Translations under genes and position numbers: made by a program
The notes under the pieces: model-generated
What the model was told of the DNA's origin: nothing
Seen by the model: only the letters and a program-made list of their open reading frames with translations
Databases searched by the model: none
Part shown: positions 1 to 8,760 of the stretch, piece by piece
How the letters are laid out: the number at the start of each line of letters is the position of its first letter
Numbering within the stretch: the stretch's first letter is position 1
Assembly: GCA_002327985.1 (NCBI GenBank)
Contig: DCVM01000058.1
Location: 21,460-85,459, forward strand
Source of the DNA: Syntrophaceae bacterium UBA2188
GTDB lineage: Bacteria > Desulfobacterota > BSN033 > UBA1163
DNA: 64,000 nucleotides
Reading direction: 5' to 3'

Positions 1-509
1 TTATCTTCCCGAAGCATTCTCTCCATATTTTCAAAGCGAAAAGCCCTGTCTGAAACCCCTTTGGGTGAAACACCGTGATCCTGAACCGCAATGGCCATGA
101 TATCCACTTTGAGATCCTCTCCGAAATTTGAAAGGAATTGTCCAAGCAATGATAGATTGACTTCTCGGATTTCCATCTCTTCAAAATGGTCAGCTCCAGG
201 TCTCTTCCCCACCTCAATCCCCATGGATTTGACCTCATCCAGATCATTGCGAATGGAATAGGCCGCAGACTCCTCCATCACCACACGATACCCCTTTTGA
301 ATATGGCGGAGGATTTCCCTGCCAAGGGAACCCCCTCCAATCGTATCCCCATAGATATAGACATGGTTTTTGATTTTTTTTAATATCTCAGCAAAATATT
401 TGGAGGGGGTAGGAAGGACAAAGCTGATACAATTTTCAATCTTTTTCTCTGAATCATAAAGGAGAATATCCTGAGTGCCAGCACCGATATCAATCGCAAG
501 AATCTTCAT
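1..509 (-). CDS. DUF1786-family (actin-fold/ASKHA-like) protein, N-terminal part only; the gene runs off the window start
   Basis: Absent from the ORF track because there is no stop in the window. My translation from ATG (rc of 507-509): MKILAIDIGAGTQDILLYDSEKKIENCISFVLPTPSKYFAEILKK..., open to position 1. D-I-G-x-G-T-Q-D phosphate-1-like motif at the N-terminus. Confidence 0.55.
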   Translation of the reverse strand, partial: MKILAIDIGAGTQDILLYDSEKKIENCISFVLPTPSKYFAEILKKIKNHVYIYGDTIGGGSLGREILRHIQKGYRVVMEESAAYSIRNDLDEVKSMGIEVGKRPGADHFEEMEIREVNLSLLGQFLSNFGEDLKVDIMAIAVQDHGVSPKGVSDRAFRFENMERMLRED

Positions 510-604
510 GTTGGCTTATGGCTTATAGCAGATTGCATATGGCTAACTGCCTTCTACCTTTCATTTTTGCTATTCGCTATCTGCTATTAGCTATTTGCTA
601 TGAT
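510..604. repeat. Intergenic array of degenerate heptamers (GGCTTAT GGCTTAT AGCAGAT TGCATAT ... TGCTATT CGCTATC TGCTATT AGCTATT TGCTATG)
   Basis: Read directly between the DUF1786 start and the rtcB stop. 7-nt periodicity in both halves. Confidence 0.5.
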
Positions 605-2074
605 TTATCCCTTAATCACTCCCATCGGGACAAGCTTGACCACTTTTCGGCTGATGCCGGCATGATGAACCACATCTACTACATCATTGACATCTTTATA
701 TGCATCGGAGATCTCTTCGACAAGGGTTCCCTGGCTTGCCCCCTTTACAACAATACCTTTATCTTCCAATTCCCTTGCAATCGCTCTCCCTTTAGCCGCT
801 TTAATGGCTTGATGCCGGCTCATCACCCGACCCGCTCCATGGCAGGTGCTTCCGAAGGTTTCTTCCATCGCTCTCTCTGTCCCCACCAATACATAGGAAC
901 ATCTACCCATATCCCCTGGGATGAGAACCGGTTGGCCGATGGACTGGTAATCGGATGGAATATCTGGATGATGTGGAGGGAAGGCCCGGGTCGCCCCTTT
1001 TCGGTGGACACAGAGCTTCTTTTTCTTTCCGTTCACCGTATGCGTTTCAATTTTAGCAATATTGTGACAGACATCATAGATCAAATCCAATCTTAAATCT
1101 TTTTGGCTTTTCTGAAAAACTTGTTCAAAGGTCTCCCTCACCCAGTGGGTGATCATCTGCCGATTGGTAAAAGCAAAATTGGCGGCACAGGCCATCGCCT
1201 CGAGATATTCTTTTCCTTCAGACGAAGAAACAGGGGCACAACAGAGTTGAGGATCTGGAAGTTCGATTTGATGTTTTCTGGTAGCATTCATCATGACACG
1301 GATGTAATCATCACAAACCTGGTGGCCTAACCCTCGTGAACCTGTATGGATAATAATGGTGACCTGATCTTTATATAGCCCCAGCGTTCGAGCAATGGCC
1401 TCATCAAAGACCTCAGCCACATACCCCGCTTCAACAAAATGATTTCCAGAACCCAAGGTCCCCAATTGTGCCCTACCCCTTTCCATTGCTTTTTCAGAGA
1501 CGCGATCTGGATTAGCTCCCTCGATGCATCCATGTTCCTCAATGTGTTCAAGGTCTTCTGCTGAACCAAAACCTTTTTCTATGGCCCACTTGGCCCCCTT
1601 TTTAAGGACCCGCCTCTCTTCCTCCCGATTCAATTTGAGATCCTTCCTATGGGACCCTACACCTGAAGGAATGTTGATGAAGAGGCCTTCCACTAACTCC
1701 TTTATTCTTCCCTGGATGTCGGTGCGGCTCAGACCTGAGCGCATCAATCGGACCCCTCAGTTGATGTCGTAACCCACCCCTCCTGGAGAAACGATTCCCT
1801 CCTCCATATCGAAGGCGGCCACCCCTCCAATAGGAAAACCATAACCCCAGTGGATATCCGGCATGGCCAAGGAATGGCCCACAATTCCTGGAAGCCATGC
1901 CACATTAGCCACTTGAACCAGACTTTGGTCCTTGCGGATATCGGTGAACAACCGCTCATCAGAATAGATGATCCCATCGGTTCTCATCTTTCCTTCTCGA
2001 GGAATTCGCCACCGATAATCATCTATCTTCTGGATTTTGATCTTTTCTTCTGGCGTCATCGGGTTGACTCCCAT
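605..2074 (-). CDS. rtcB: RNA 3'-phosphate/2',3'-cyclic phosphate ligase RtcB, predicted selenoprotein (UGA at 1757-1759 read as Sec)
   Basis: ORFs 1757..2074 and 605..1747 are in one frame, separated only by TGA. The joined sequence reads ...[37 protein letters not shown]..., matching the RtcB motif GxDINCGVR. The C-terminal part has typical RtcB blocks ([22 protein letters not shown]). An alternative start is Met6 (2059), which has a GGGAG Shine-Dalgarno (SD) sequence. Confidence 0.9.
1724..1759 (-). other. Recoded UGA (1757-1759) plus SECIS-like hairpin (1724-1742)
   Basis: mRNA: UGA GGGGUCCGAUUGAU GCGCUCAGGUCUGAGC(C)GC. Stem GCG/CGC plus CUCA/UGAG with apical GGUC. The apex CAGGUCUG is identical to the apex of the E. 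coli fdhF SECIS (GCAGGUCUGC). Confidence 0.75.
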
Positions 2075-2104
2075 TGTTTGGTGTTTATCGGTTATCGTGA
2101 TCTA

Positions 2105-2521
2105 TTAAAGATCCAGGATAATCTGTGCCCTCCAGCCTCGATTCTCTCTTTTAACCTGAATTTGATGGTAGGTCACGGCTTTCACCTCTGTTTTGATCGC
2201 ATGGACCCCCTCCTCATAAAGCTCTCCTTTCACGATCGCCTTCAGGCCACTCTCTCCAAGCGATTCCACTTTGAAACTTTTAAAGAGGAGATGCTCTACA
2301 TCATGAAGGTAGAGGAGTTCGCTCAACCAATCTACCATCAGGCGATCCAAACTCTCTCCTCCAATATGAATCTGTCTTTCGATCCGGCCTCTTACTTTTC
2401 GCAAATCCGTGATGAGGTGGAAGAACGCCTTCCCAGCATTCTCGAAAAGAGCCTTAAGATTTTCACCATGAACGATGATGCCAATATCCGCCGTATGATC
2501 CAAAATCTCATACCGCTTCAT
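2105..2521 (-). CDS. Archease (RtcB activator)
   Basis: 138 aa. N-terminal YEILDHTADIGIIVHG motif typical of archease. Sits immediately upstream of rtcB on the same strand. Confidence 0.85.
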   Translation of the reverse strand: MKRYEILDHTADIGIIVHGENLKALFENAGKAFFHLITDLRKVRGRIERQIHIGGESLDRLMVDWLSELLYLHDVEHLLFKSFKVESLGESGLKAIVKGELYEEGVHAIKTEVKAVTYHQIQVKRENRGWRAQIILDL

Positions 2522-2587
2522 CGTTGTCCTGTCCTTTTCTAAATGGATGGCCTCTTCGTCTGTTTATCCCCCTTAATGAAATCGGAG

Positions 2588-2974
2588 TTATCCCCTCCTC
2601 TTTTTCTCCACCCTCTGGAGAAACGATTCTTTGGGCACGAGGACCCTCTCGTGCTCTCCTTCTGCCACCTTTTCCAACTCATCGAAGGCGTCCACCAGGA
2701 AAAAAAGCCGGTTCCTTCTTACTTCTTTTAGAAGGGCATGGGCAGTCACTTTCATCCCAGAGGGTGTGGGAGACAAATGCTTGATTTTTACCTCTGTCCC
2801 AAGGCTCACCTGGTCCGTGGGAATAAAATCATAAATCGCCTTGAGGGCGGCTGCTTCCAAAAGTTGTATCAACCTTGGCGTGGAAAGGACCTTGATGGGG
2901 ACCTCCCCCAATCGGCTGACGAGATCTTCTTCTTGAACGACCATCTCGGATTCTCCGGCTAACCCAGGTATCAT
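2588..2974 (-). CDS. Hotdog-fold thioesterase (FlK/YbgC-like)
   Basis: VLSTPRLIQLLEAAA...SLGTEVKIKHLSPTPSGMKVTAHA...NRLFFLVDAFDE..AEGEHERVLV pattern. Start moved to Met11 (ATG 2972-2974), preceded by GGAGGG. The track start at 3004 is a TTG. Confidence 0.65.
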   Translation of the reverse strand: MIPGLAGESEMVVQEEDLVSRLGEVPIKVLSTPRLIQLLEAAALKAIYDFIPTDQVSLGTEVKIKHLSPTPSGMKVTAHALLKEVRRNRLFFLVDAFDELEKVAEGEHERVLVPKESFLQRVEKKRRG

Positions 2975-3134
2975 TTTCCCTCCACTCCCACTCATGAGTC
3001 CCAAATCTCAAATCCAATTCAGACTCTTCAAAAAGTCAGCCTAAACCCGTTCCTTGTTAAAATGACCCCATCCTGAGATCCTGAAACGGGTTCAAGGGCG
3101 AAATTTATTTGGCATTTGGATTTAAACCCCTGAC

Positions 3135-3584
3135 TTAAAACTCAGTCAAAATTTCTTCGTCGTAAATCTTTTCCAGTTTCTCTTTATGGGTCATTTCTTC
3201 TTGGGCGAGGATCAAAAGCAATTTTTTCAGCTTCGGATCTATAACCCTCTTTTCTGTTGATAAATAAAGGCGATGGGATTTTTCTTCATTTTTGATCGCC
3301 ATTCGAAGGAGGTCCGCATAACTCATATCTGAGCTATACGGGGCATCCTCCATCATGCCACTAATTCCCAACCCTTTCGTCGGTTTCAATTTCATCTTTT
3401 CAATCTTCTTCAAATCAAATCCTTCGAGTTTTTTCTTGTGCCCTTCTTCCATTTTAGCCAATTCTTTGAAGGTCTTTTTCACACCAGGGTTAGAACGATC
3501 CGCTGCCATTTTGTAAAAAGCCGCTGCATCCGCCTCTTTTCGAATAGCCAACCTCAAAATTTCATCCAAGCTGTCCAGTTTCAT
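3135..3584 (-). CDS. Rubrerythrin-like ferritin-fold diiron protein (no rubredoxin domain)
   Basis: Two E...ExxH pairs (KEADAAAFY..MEEGHKKKL; KNEEKSHRLY..QEEMTHKEKL). Start at ATG 3582-3584, preceded by AAGGAGGAGGG. The track start at 3623 is unlikely. Confidence 0.75.
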   Translation of the reverse strand: MKLDSLDEILRLAIRKEADAAAFYKMAADRSNPGVKKTFKELAKMEEGHKKKLEGFDLKKIEKMKLKPTKGLGISGMMEDAPYSSDMSYADLLRMAIKNEEKSHRLYLSTEKRVIDPKLKKLLLILAQEEMTHKEKLEKIYDEEILTEF

Positions 3585-3840
3585 CTTCTCCCTCCTCCTT
3601 AAAAGTTTTTTTGACTTCAGCAATCAGTGTCTCTGTCTGCTCCCTATTTTTTTCAGAAACCATGACGATGCCCCATCCTTTCTGGGGAATATAGAGCCCA
3701 TCATAAGCGGTATCGAGAAAGGATTTAATGAGAAAGGGAATCCCAGCCTCTTGAAGGGCTTGAGAAATCCTATCCCCTTCAAATCGGTTTTCGATCGTCC
3801 CCGCCTTTACCCATTGGTCTATCGTCGCCATTAGATTCAT
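3562..3840 (-). CDS. Small hypothetical protein (DUF2007-like?)
   Basis: ORF 3562..3867. The true start is uncertain (TTG 3867, ATG 3840 or ATG 3831). It overlaps the next gene by 23 nt. The family call rests only on weak resemblance. Confidence 0.35.
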   Translation of the reverse strand: MNLMATIDQWVKAGTIENRFEGDRISQALQEAGIPFLIKSFLDTAYDGLYIPQKGWGIVMVSEKNREQTETLIAEVKKTFKEEGEDETGQLG

Positions 3841-3961
3841 TATATAATGAAATAGGCACAACCCCAAGAATTAATTTTCAGGGATGAAGGAGTAACCAAT
3901 GAGAGAATAAAAGTAAAAATGGTCCATCACCGAAACCCGAACTGAAAACTTAAAAATTAAG

Positions 3962-3989
3962 TTGAAAAATAAAAATTTGTGAATATAAT
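3962..3989 (+). promoter_or_regulatory. Sigma70-like promoter for the XRE-cupin regulator
   Basis: TTGAAA (3962-3967), 16-nt spacer, TATAAT (3984-3989). AGGAGG RBS at about 4018 before ATG 4028. Confidence 0.5.
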
Positions 3990-4027
3990 GAACTTATAAG
4001 GGTAGAGTCTCAAAGCCAGGAGGAAGT

Positions 4028-4582
4028 ATGGCAACCAAAAAGATCGATGAAAAATCTTTCGGGGCGAAGATGAGCCAACTTCGCCTGTTGAGAAAGATAT
4101 CCTTTGAACAACTTGCAAACAAAACAGGATTTTCACAGCGTTATTTAAAAGAGATTGAAGGAGGGATAGCTATCCCTCCTGTCTCAGCCGTGATTCAGAT
4201 CGCAAAGGCTCTTGCGATTGACGCGGGCTCCTTCCTCTCCGCTGAAGAGCAGGAAGCTTCAGTAAAAAGAAGAAGGGAAAGCTTTTACAAACGGACCCAG
4301 GCTTATTCCTACAAAACCCTCACTCCGGATGCGGAGACAAGACACATGAAGGCCTTCCTGGTTACCATCGATCCAAAACAGGATCACAGGATGGTCGATT
4401 ATAAGCATGAGGGAGAGGAATTTCTTTATGTCTTAAAAGGACACATTGAAGTGATGGTAGGAGACAGTCAGAATCTCCTTAAAAAAGGACAAACCCTTCA
4501 TTTCAATTCAGGCCTCGTCCACAAACTGCGGAATGTCAGCGATGAAGAGGCCAAACTCCTAGTGGTGATTTATACCCCGTAA
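4028..4582 (+). CDS. XRE-family HTH transcriptional regulator with C-terminal cupin domain
   Basis: N-terminal HTH_3 (LRLLRKISFEQLANKTGFSQRYLKEIEGG). C-terminal cupin (HEGEEFLYVLKGHIEV...LHFNSGLVHKLRN). Confidence 0.85.
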   Translation: MATKKIDEKSFGAKMSQLRLLRKISFEQLANKTGFSQRYLKEIEGGIAIPPVSAVIQIAKALAIDAGSFLSAEEQEASVKRRRESFYKRTQAYSYKTLTPDAETRHMKAFLVTIDPKQDHRMVDYKHEGEEFLYVLKGHIEVMVGDSQNLLKKGQTLHFNSGLVHKLRNVSDEEAKLLVVIYTP

Positions 4583-4583
4583 C

Positions 4584-4627
4584 ATAGAAACGCTAAGCGC
4601 TTAGCGCTATTCGCATAGCGCTTCTAT
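4584..4627. repeat. Composite palindromic element (CGCTAAGCGCTTAGCG + GCGCTATtcgcATAGCGC, flanked by ATAGAA/TTCTAT)
   Basis: Perfect 16-bp palindrome at 4591-4606. Lies between convergent genes. A near-identical inverted copy is at 30609-30638. Confidence 0.7.
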
Positions 4628-5479
4628 CTATTGTCTCCAGTTTCTGGGGACTCCGGCGAAAGAGGCCTTTCTTTCAACCTCGCTCAACTGATTTTCAAAA
4701 TACCGGATTGCATTGTTGATTCGGGTTAATTCCCCTGTGGCTCCCTGACTTTCGACTTTTGCCCTCTGACGTTTCAACTCCTCTAAGTTTCGATGATAGA
4801 AACGAAATTGCCCAACCCAGTAATCCTTGCTGTATCCACCCGGGAATTCCGGGGAGGGAATCCCCTTCATGGGATAGAGTGTCATCTTTCCATGGTTGGC
4901 ATCGATGACGACTTTAAACTTATTGAGGAAAGAGTTTCCTAAAAGCCCGTCGCCACTGGCCGCCATCGGATAAATCACGGTCTCCACATTCTCTACCTCT
5001 GCATCTCCTACTCGAACAGACCCCAATGTCACCAATGGAACCGAAATAATACCACTGACCGAGGCCGCTCGGATATAAGGGGTGTTTTCATCATCCCTGA
5101 TTCCTAATTCCTTTGCGGTCACCCGATTGATGAGCGTAAAACTTGCCCCCGTATCCACAATAAAATACTTTCTTATCGACCCGTTCAAGACGACCTCTGT
5201 GAACAACAGGTCGCCTTTTCGCGCCAGCTCAACAGTGATTCCTTCGGGTTCAGATCCCTTGGGAGGGAGGGAAGATTTTGGCACCTCCTGTGGTTTGGGA
5301 GTTGAGGTTTCTTTAGCAGGCTTTCGAGTTTCTGCATCTTGACGATATTTTTCTGGAATGCTCGAAAGATCGTCAGTAAAATGAACCGTCCCTTTCTCAT
5401 CCACCCATTTATACATTTCCCCATAACTGGAAGGGACCAGGATGGCGATCATCATGATGGAAAGAAGGAGAAACCTCAT
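4628..5479 (-). CDS. Secreted retropepsin-like (clan AA) aspartic protease with N-terminal DUF4124-like segment
   Basis: Signal peptide MRFLLLSIMMIAILVPSSYG. MYKWVDEKGTVHFTD (DUF4124-like). Active-site FIVDTGAS. Confidence 0.75.
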   Translation of the reverse strand: MRFLLLSIMMIAILVPSSYGEMYKWVDEKGTVHFTDDLSSIPEKYRQDAETRKPAKETSTPKPQEVPKSSLPPKGSEPEGITVELARKGDLLFTEVVLNGSIRKYFIVDTGASFTLINRVTAKELGIRDDENTPYIRAASVSGIISVPLVTLGSVRVGDAEVENVETVIYPMAASGDGLLGNSFLNKFKVVIDANHGKMTLYPMKGIPSPEFPGGYSKDYWVGQFRFYHRNLEELKRQRAKVESQGATGELTRINNAIRYFENQLSEVERKASFAGVPRNWRQ

Positions 5480-5549
5480 TTCCTGTTTCCTTTCCTATAA
5501 ATTTCCTATAAAATGGTGATATTTTAATGAGAATAGACCAGGATGTCAA

Positions 5550-5578
5550 TTGCCGTTTTTAACCTGCTCTGTTACAAT
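5550..5578 (+). promoter_or_regulatory. Putative sigma70-like promoter of rubrerythrin
   Basis: TTGCCG, 17 nt, TACAAT (5573-5578). AAGGAGGG RBS before ATG 5610. Confidence 0.4.
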
Positions 5579-5609
5579 TTCGTATAGTAAAAAATATAAG
5601 GAGGGTGTG

Positions 5610-6107
5610 ATGGGAACCAAGGCAGAAGAACACCTGAAGGAGGCATTTGCAGGGGAGTCCCAAGCCAATCGAAAATATCTCGCTTTTGCCAAAAAAGCAG
5701 ATGAGGAAGGATATTCCCAAGTTGCCAAACTTTTCAGGGCTGCGGCTGAAGCTGAAACCGTTCATGCCCATAACCATCTCCGGGTTTTGAAAGGGATCAA
5801 ATCAACCAAAGAAAACCTCCAGGAGGCCATCGGAGGCGAAACCCATGAGTTCAAGAGCATGTACCCCAGAATGATGGATGCGGCAAAGGCGGAGAAGGAA
5901 AACGCAGCCTTCCGGACATTTCAATTCGCCAATGAGGTAGAAAAGATCCACGCATCGCTTTACTCAAAGGCCCTGGAGAGCCTCGGAAAAAATGAAGTGT
6001 TGGATTATTATGTCTGCCCTATTTGTGGGAACACCGTTGAAAAGGAAGCACCGAATCTGTGCCCGATCTGTGGGGCTTCGGGTAAGAGTTTTATCAAGAT
6101 TACCTGA
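5610..6107 (+). CDS. rbr: Rubrerythrin
   Basis: MGTKAEEHLKEAFAGESQANRKYLAFA, EAETVHAHNH, GETHEF, EVEKIHASLY diiron motifs, plus a C-terminal CPICG...CPICG rubredoxin-like domain. Start chosen at the ATG with a strong RBS. Confidence 0.9.
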   Translation: MGTKAEEHLKEAFAGESQANRKYLAFAKKADEEGYSQVAKLFRAAAEAETVHAHNHLRVLKGIKSTKENLQEAIGGETHEFKSMYPRMMDAAKAEKENAAFRTFQFANEVEKIHASLYSKALESLGKNEVLDYYVCPICGNTVEKEAPNLCPICGASGKSFIKIT

Positions 6108-6133
6108 TCTTCATTTTCCTTTGCAAAAAATCG

Positions 6134-6847
6134 ATGGAAACCTACTTTCTTCGTCCTGATTCGATTCGAAGACTGTTTGATAACATTGCCCCCACCTACG
6201 ACCTCCTCAATCACCTCCTCAGCCTGGGGAGAGATTTTTATTGGAGGAAAAAGGCAGTCCGAGAGCTGAAGGATCTCGAAGGCTGGATATTAGATATCGC
6301 TACAGGAACAGGGGATGTGGCCATCGAGGTGATTCACCAGAATCGTCATCACCGGAGGGTCTTCGGATTGGACTTCTCCCAACCCATGATCAAGCGGGCC
6401 CAGCGAAAGGTGCTGGAAAAAGACCTGTCGCAAACCATTACCTTAGGTCTTGGGGATGCCCTTTTCCTCCCTTTTCGAGACAATACCTTCAGCGCCTCAA
6501 TGATCGCCTTTGGACTGAGAAATATCGTGGAAAAAGAGCAGGCCCTTGCCGAAATGGTCCGAGTGATCAAAAAGGGTGGAAAAGTGATCATTTTAGAATT
6601 CACCTTTCCCCTAAAAGGATGGATGAGAAGTTTATACCCGATCTATTTCCAAAGGATCCTCCCATGGGTGGGTGGCCTCGTCTCTGGTGAACAAGGAGCC
6701 TATGCCTATCTCCCCAAATCGGTATCCCATTTTGCCTCGGCTGAAAATTATGAGAGGATCATGAAAAAAGTTGGATTGGAAGCCGTGGGTTTTCAACCCT
6801 TGACCGGTGGGGTAGCCTCCATTCTTTCGGGAATAAAAAAGTCCTGA
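6134..6847 (+). CDS. ubiE: Demethylmenaquinone/ubiquinone C-methyltransferase (UbiE/MenG family)
   Basis: FDNIAPTYDLLNHLLSLGRDFYWRK...LDIATGTGDVA...GLRNI family signature. Confidence 0.85.
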   Translation: METYFLRPDSIRRLFDNIAPTYDLLNHLLSLGRDFYWRKKAVRELKDLEGWILDIATGTGDVAIEVIHQNRHHRRVFGLDFSQPMIKRAQRKVLEKDLSQTITLGLGDALFLPFRDNTFSASMIAFGLRNIVEKEQALAEMVRVIKKGGKVIILEFTFPLKGWMRSLYPIYFQRILPWVGGLVSGEQGAYAYLPKSVSHFASAENYERIMKKVGLEAVGFQPLTGGVASILSGIKKS

Positions 6848-7290
6848 TGATCCGACCTTTCTCTTTCTCTGATTTAGATTCCCTCCTCCAAATCGAGGGC
6901 CAATCCTTTCCCAAATCGCCTTACGATTGGACCACCTTTCTCAACCTCCATGACCTCTATCCAAAAACCTTTTTAGTTTATGTCGATACGAACCAGAACC
7001 AAACGAAAGAGGCGCTTTGGGGATATATCATCTTTACTCTGGATGGACATATTATATCGATTGCCGTCCACCCCCAACACCGCAGGGAAGGCATTGGGAC
7101 AAGGCTTTTGCAGAGGGCGACGAAAACTCCCTATCTTCAAAAGGTCTGGGCAGAAGTGAGAAGAAGTAATCAAGGGGCACAAGCCTTTTATTCTCAAATG
7201 GGATTTCAAATGACCGGGTGGGTTAAAAACTACTATGGAAATGAAGATGCCCTGATTTTTCAATGGAGCCCCGACCCCCAGGAATTTTAA
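6847..7290 (+). CDS. rimI: Ribosomal-protein-alanine N-acetyltransferase (GNAT)
   Basis: ISIAVHPQHRREGIGTRLL...EVRRSNQGAQAFYSQMGF. The ATG overlaps the ubiE stop (TGATG). Confidence 0.75.
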   Translation: MIRPFSFSDLDSLLQIEGQSFPKSPYDWTTFLNLHDLYPKTFLVYVDTNQNQTKEALWGYIIFTLDGHIISIAVHPQHRREGIGTRLLQRATKTPYLQKVWAEVRRSNQGAQAFYSQMGFQMTGWVKNYYGNEDALIFQWSPDPQEF

Positions 7291-7362
7291 TGATGACAAC
7301 AGGGTTGACAAGGGTCATCCCCTTTGCTATGGATAAAGTTGCTAACTAAAAAGGGAGGAGTT

Positions 7363-8760
7363 ATGAGCGGAATTTTTGGAATCGTATCAAATAAAAATTG
7401 TGCGAACGACTTGCTTTACGGGACCGATTACCATTCCCATATGGGGACGGAATATGGAGGCATGGCCGTTTTCGGAAAACAATTTTACCGCTCTATTCAC
7501 GATATCTCCACCTCCCAATTCAAATCAAAATTTTATGATGATTATAAAGAAATGAAGGGCCATCTTGGTATCGGGGTCATCAGCGATCGGGATCCCCAGC
7601 CTCTGATCATTGGAACCAAGTTCGGGAATTTTGCTATTGCCGTTGCAGGTTTAATAGAGAATGTGAATGAGTTGGGGTCAGAACTTCTCAAAGAAGGGGA
7701 AACATTCGGTGAGATGTCGAGTGGCGGGATCAACTCTGTGGAATTGATTGCCAAGCTGATCACGAGGGGAAGAACCATTCCGAATGGGATTGAAGGAGTA
7801 TATGACCGGATCCAAGGATCCGCTTCTATTCTCCTCTTGAAAAAAGATGGGATTTTTGCAGCTCGAGATCGCCTGGGGCGAACCCCTTTGGTCATCGGTG
7901 AAAAGGATGGAGAATTTGCCATCGCTACAGAAACCTGTTCCTTTTTAAATTTGGGGTTTCAAATTAAAAAATACCTTGACCCGGGTGAAATCGTCTTTGT
8001 AGGAAAATCGGGGTTGGAGGAAAAGTCTCCAGGAAAAAAGACTAACCAGATTTGTGCCTTTTTATGGATCTATACCGGCTATCCTGCCTCAAGTTATGAA
8101 GGCATCAGTGTGGAGTTGGTGAGAGAGCGATGCGGAAGAGCTCTGGCCAAAAACGATGAGGTCCAGGCAGACCTCGTAGCCGGGGTCCCAGACTCAGGTG
8201 TGGGTCATGCCATTGGTTATGCAATGCAATCTGGGCTTCCTTATCGAAGACCCCTGGTTAAATATACCCCCGGATATGGAAGAAGTTACACTCCCCCTTC
8301 TCCAGAAATGCGGGATCTGGTGGCGACGATGAAACTCATCCCGGTCAAGGAAGTCATCTGTGGAAATAGGATTGTCCTCTGTGAGGACTCCATCGTTAGA
8401 GGGACTCAATTGAAAAACTATACGATTAAAAAACTTTGGGAATGTGGGGCAAAGGAAGTCCATATCCGACCTGCCTGCCCTCCCCTGATGTTCCCCTGCC
8501 GATTCGCCCTCTCCACCCGATCCATTAAAGAGCTGGCTGCCCGAAACGCCATCCAGGCTCTGGAAGGAAGAGACACTAATGAGTTGAAGGATTATATTGA
8601 TCAGCGATCAAAAAAGTATCAAAGGATGGTGGAATGGATTGCAAAGGAATTAGGGGTGACTACGTTAAGATATCAAAAAATCGATGACATGGTTGAAGCC
8701 ATCGGTCTTCCAAGAGAAAAACTCTGCCTCTACTGCTGGGTCGGAGACTACGATATTTAA
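7363..8760 (+). CDS. Amidophosphoribosyltransferase (PurF)-like protein with a degenerate glutaminase domain (Ser in place of the N-terminal Cys nucleophile)
   Basis: AGGGAGGAG RBS then ATG AGC GGA = MSGIFGI (canonical PurF is MCGI). PRTase motif IVLCEDSIVRGTQL. C-terminal CPPLMFPC. The LQHRGQ and RYsT motifs are not recognisable. Confidence 0.7.
   Translation: MSGIFGIVSNKNCANDLLYGTDYHSHMGTEYGGMAVFGKQFYRSIHDISTSQFKSKFYDDYKEMKGHLGIGVISDRDPQPLIIGTKFGNFAIAVAGLIENVNELGSELLKEGETFGEMSSGGINSVELIAKLITRGRTIPNGIEGVYDRIQGSASILLLKKDGIFAARDRLGRTPLVIGEKDGEFAIATETCSFLNLGFQIKKYLDPGEIVFVGKSGLEEKSPGKKTNQICAFLWIYTGYPASSYEGISVELVRERCGRALAKNDEVQADLVAGVPDSGVGHAIGYAMQSGLPYRRPLVKYTPGYGRSYTPPSPEMRDLVATMKLIPVKEVICGNRIVLCEDSIVRGTQLKNYTIKKLWECGAKEVHIRPACPPLMFPCRFALSTRSIKELAARNAIQALEGRDTNELKDYIDQRSKKYQRMVEWIAKELGVTTLRYQKIDDMVEAIGLPREKLCLYCWVGDYDI

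Noticed and set aside
518-1096. 192-aa plus-strand ORF
   Set aside because: Entirely antisense to the well-supported rtcB coding region. Its 5' end is the heptamer repeat array. No recognisable motifs.
1850-2542. 230-aa plus-strand ORF spanning the rtcB N-terminus and archease
   Set aside because: Antisense to two strongly supported genes and crosses their intergenic gap. Composition is typical of a shadow ORF.
6241-6690. 149-aa alternative-frame ORF inside ubiE
   Set aside because: Arg/Pro/Gly-rich translation typical of an off-frame read of a real gene. The ubiE frame has the family motifs.
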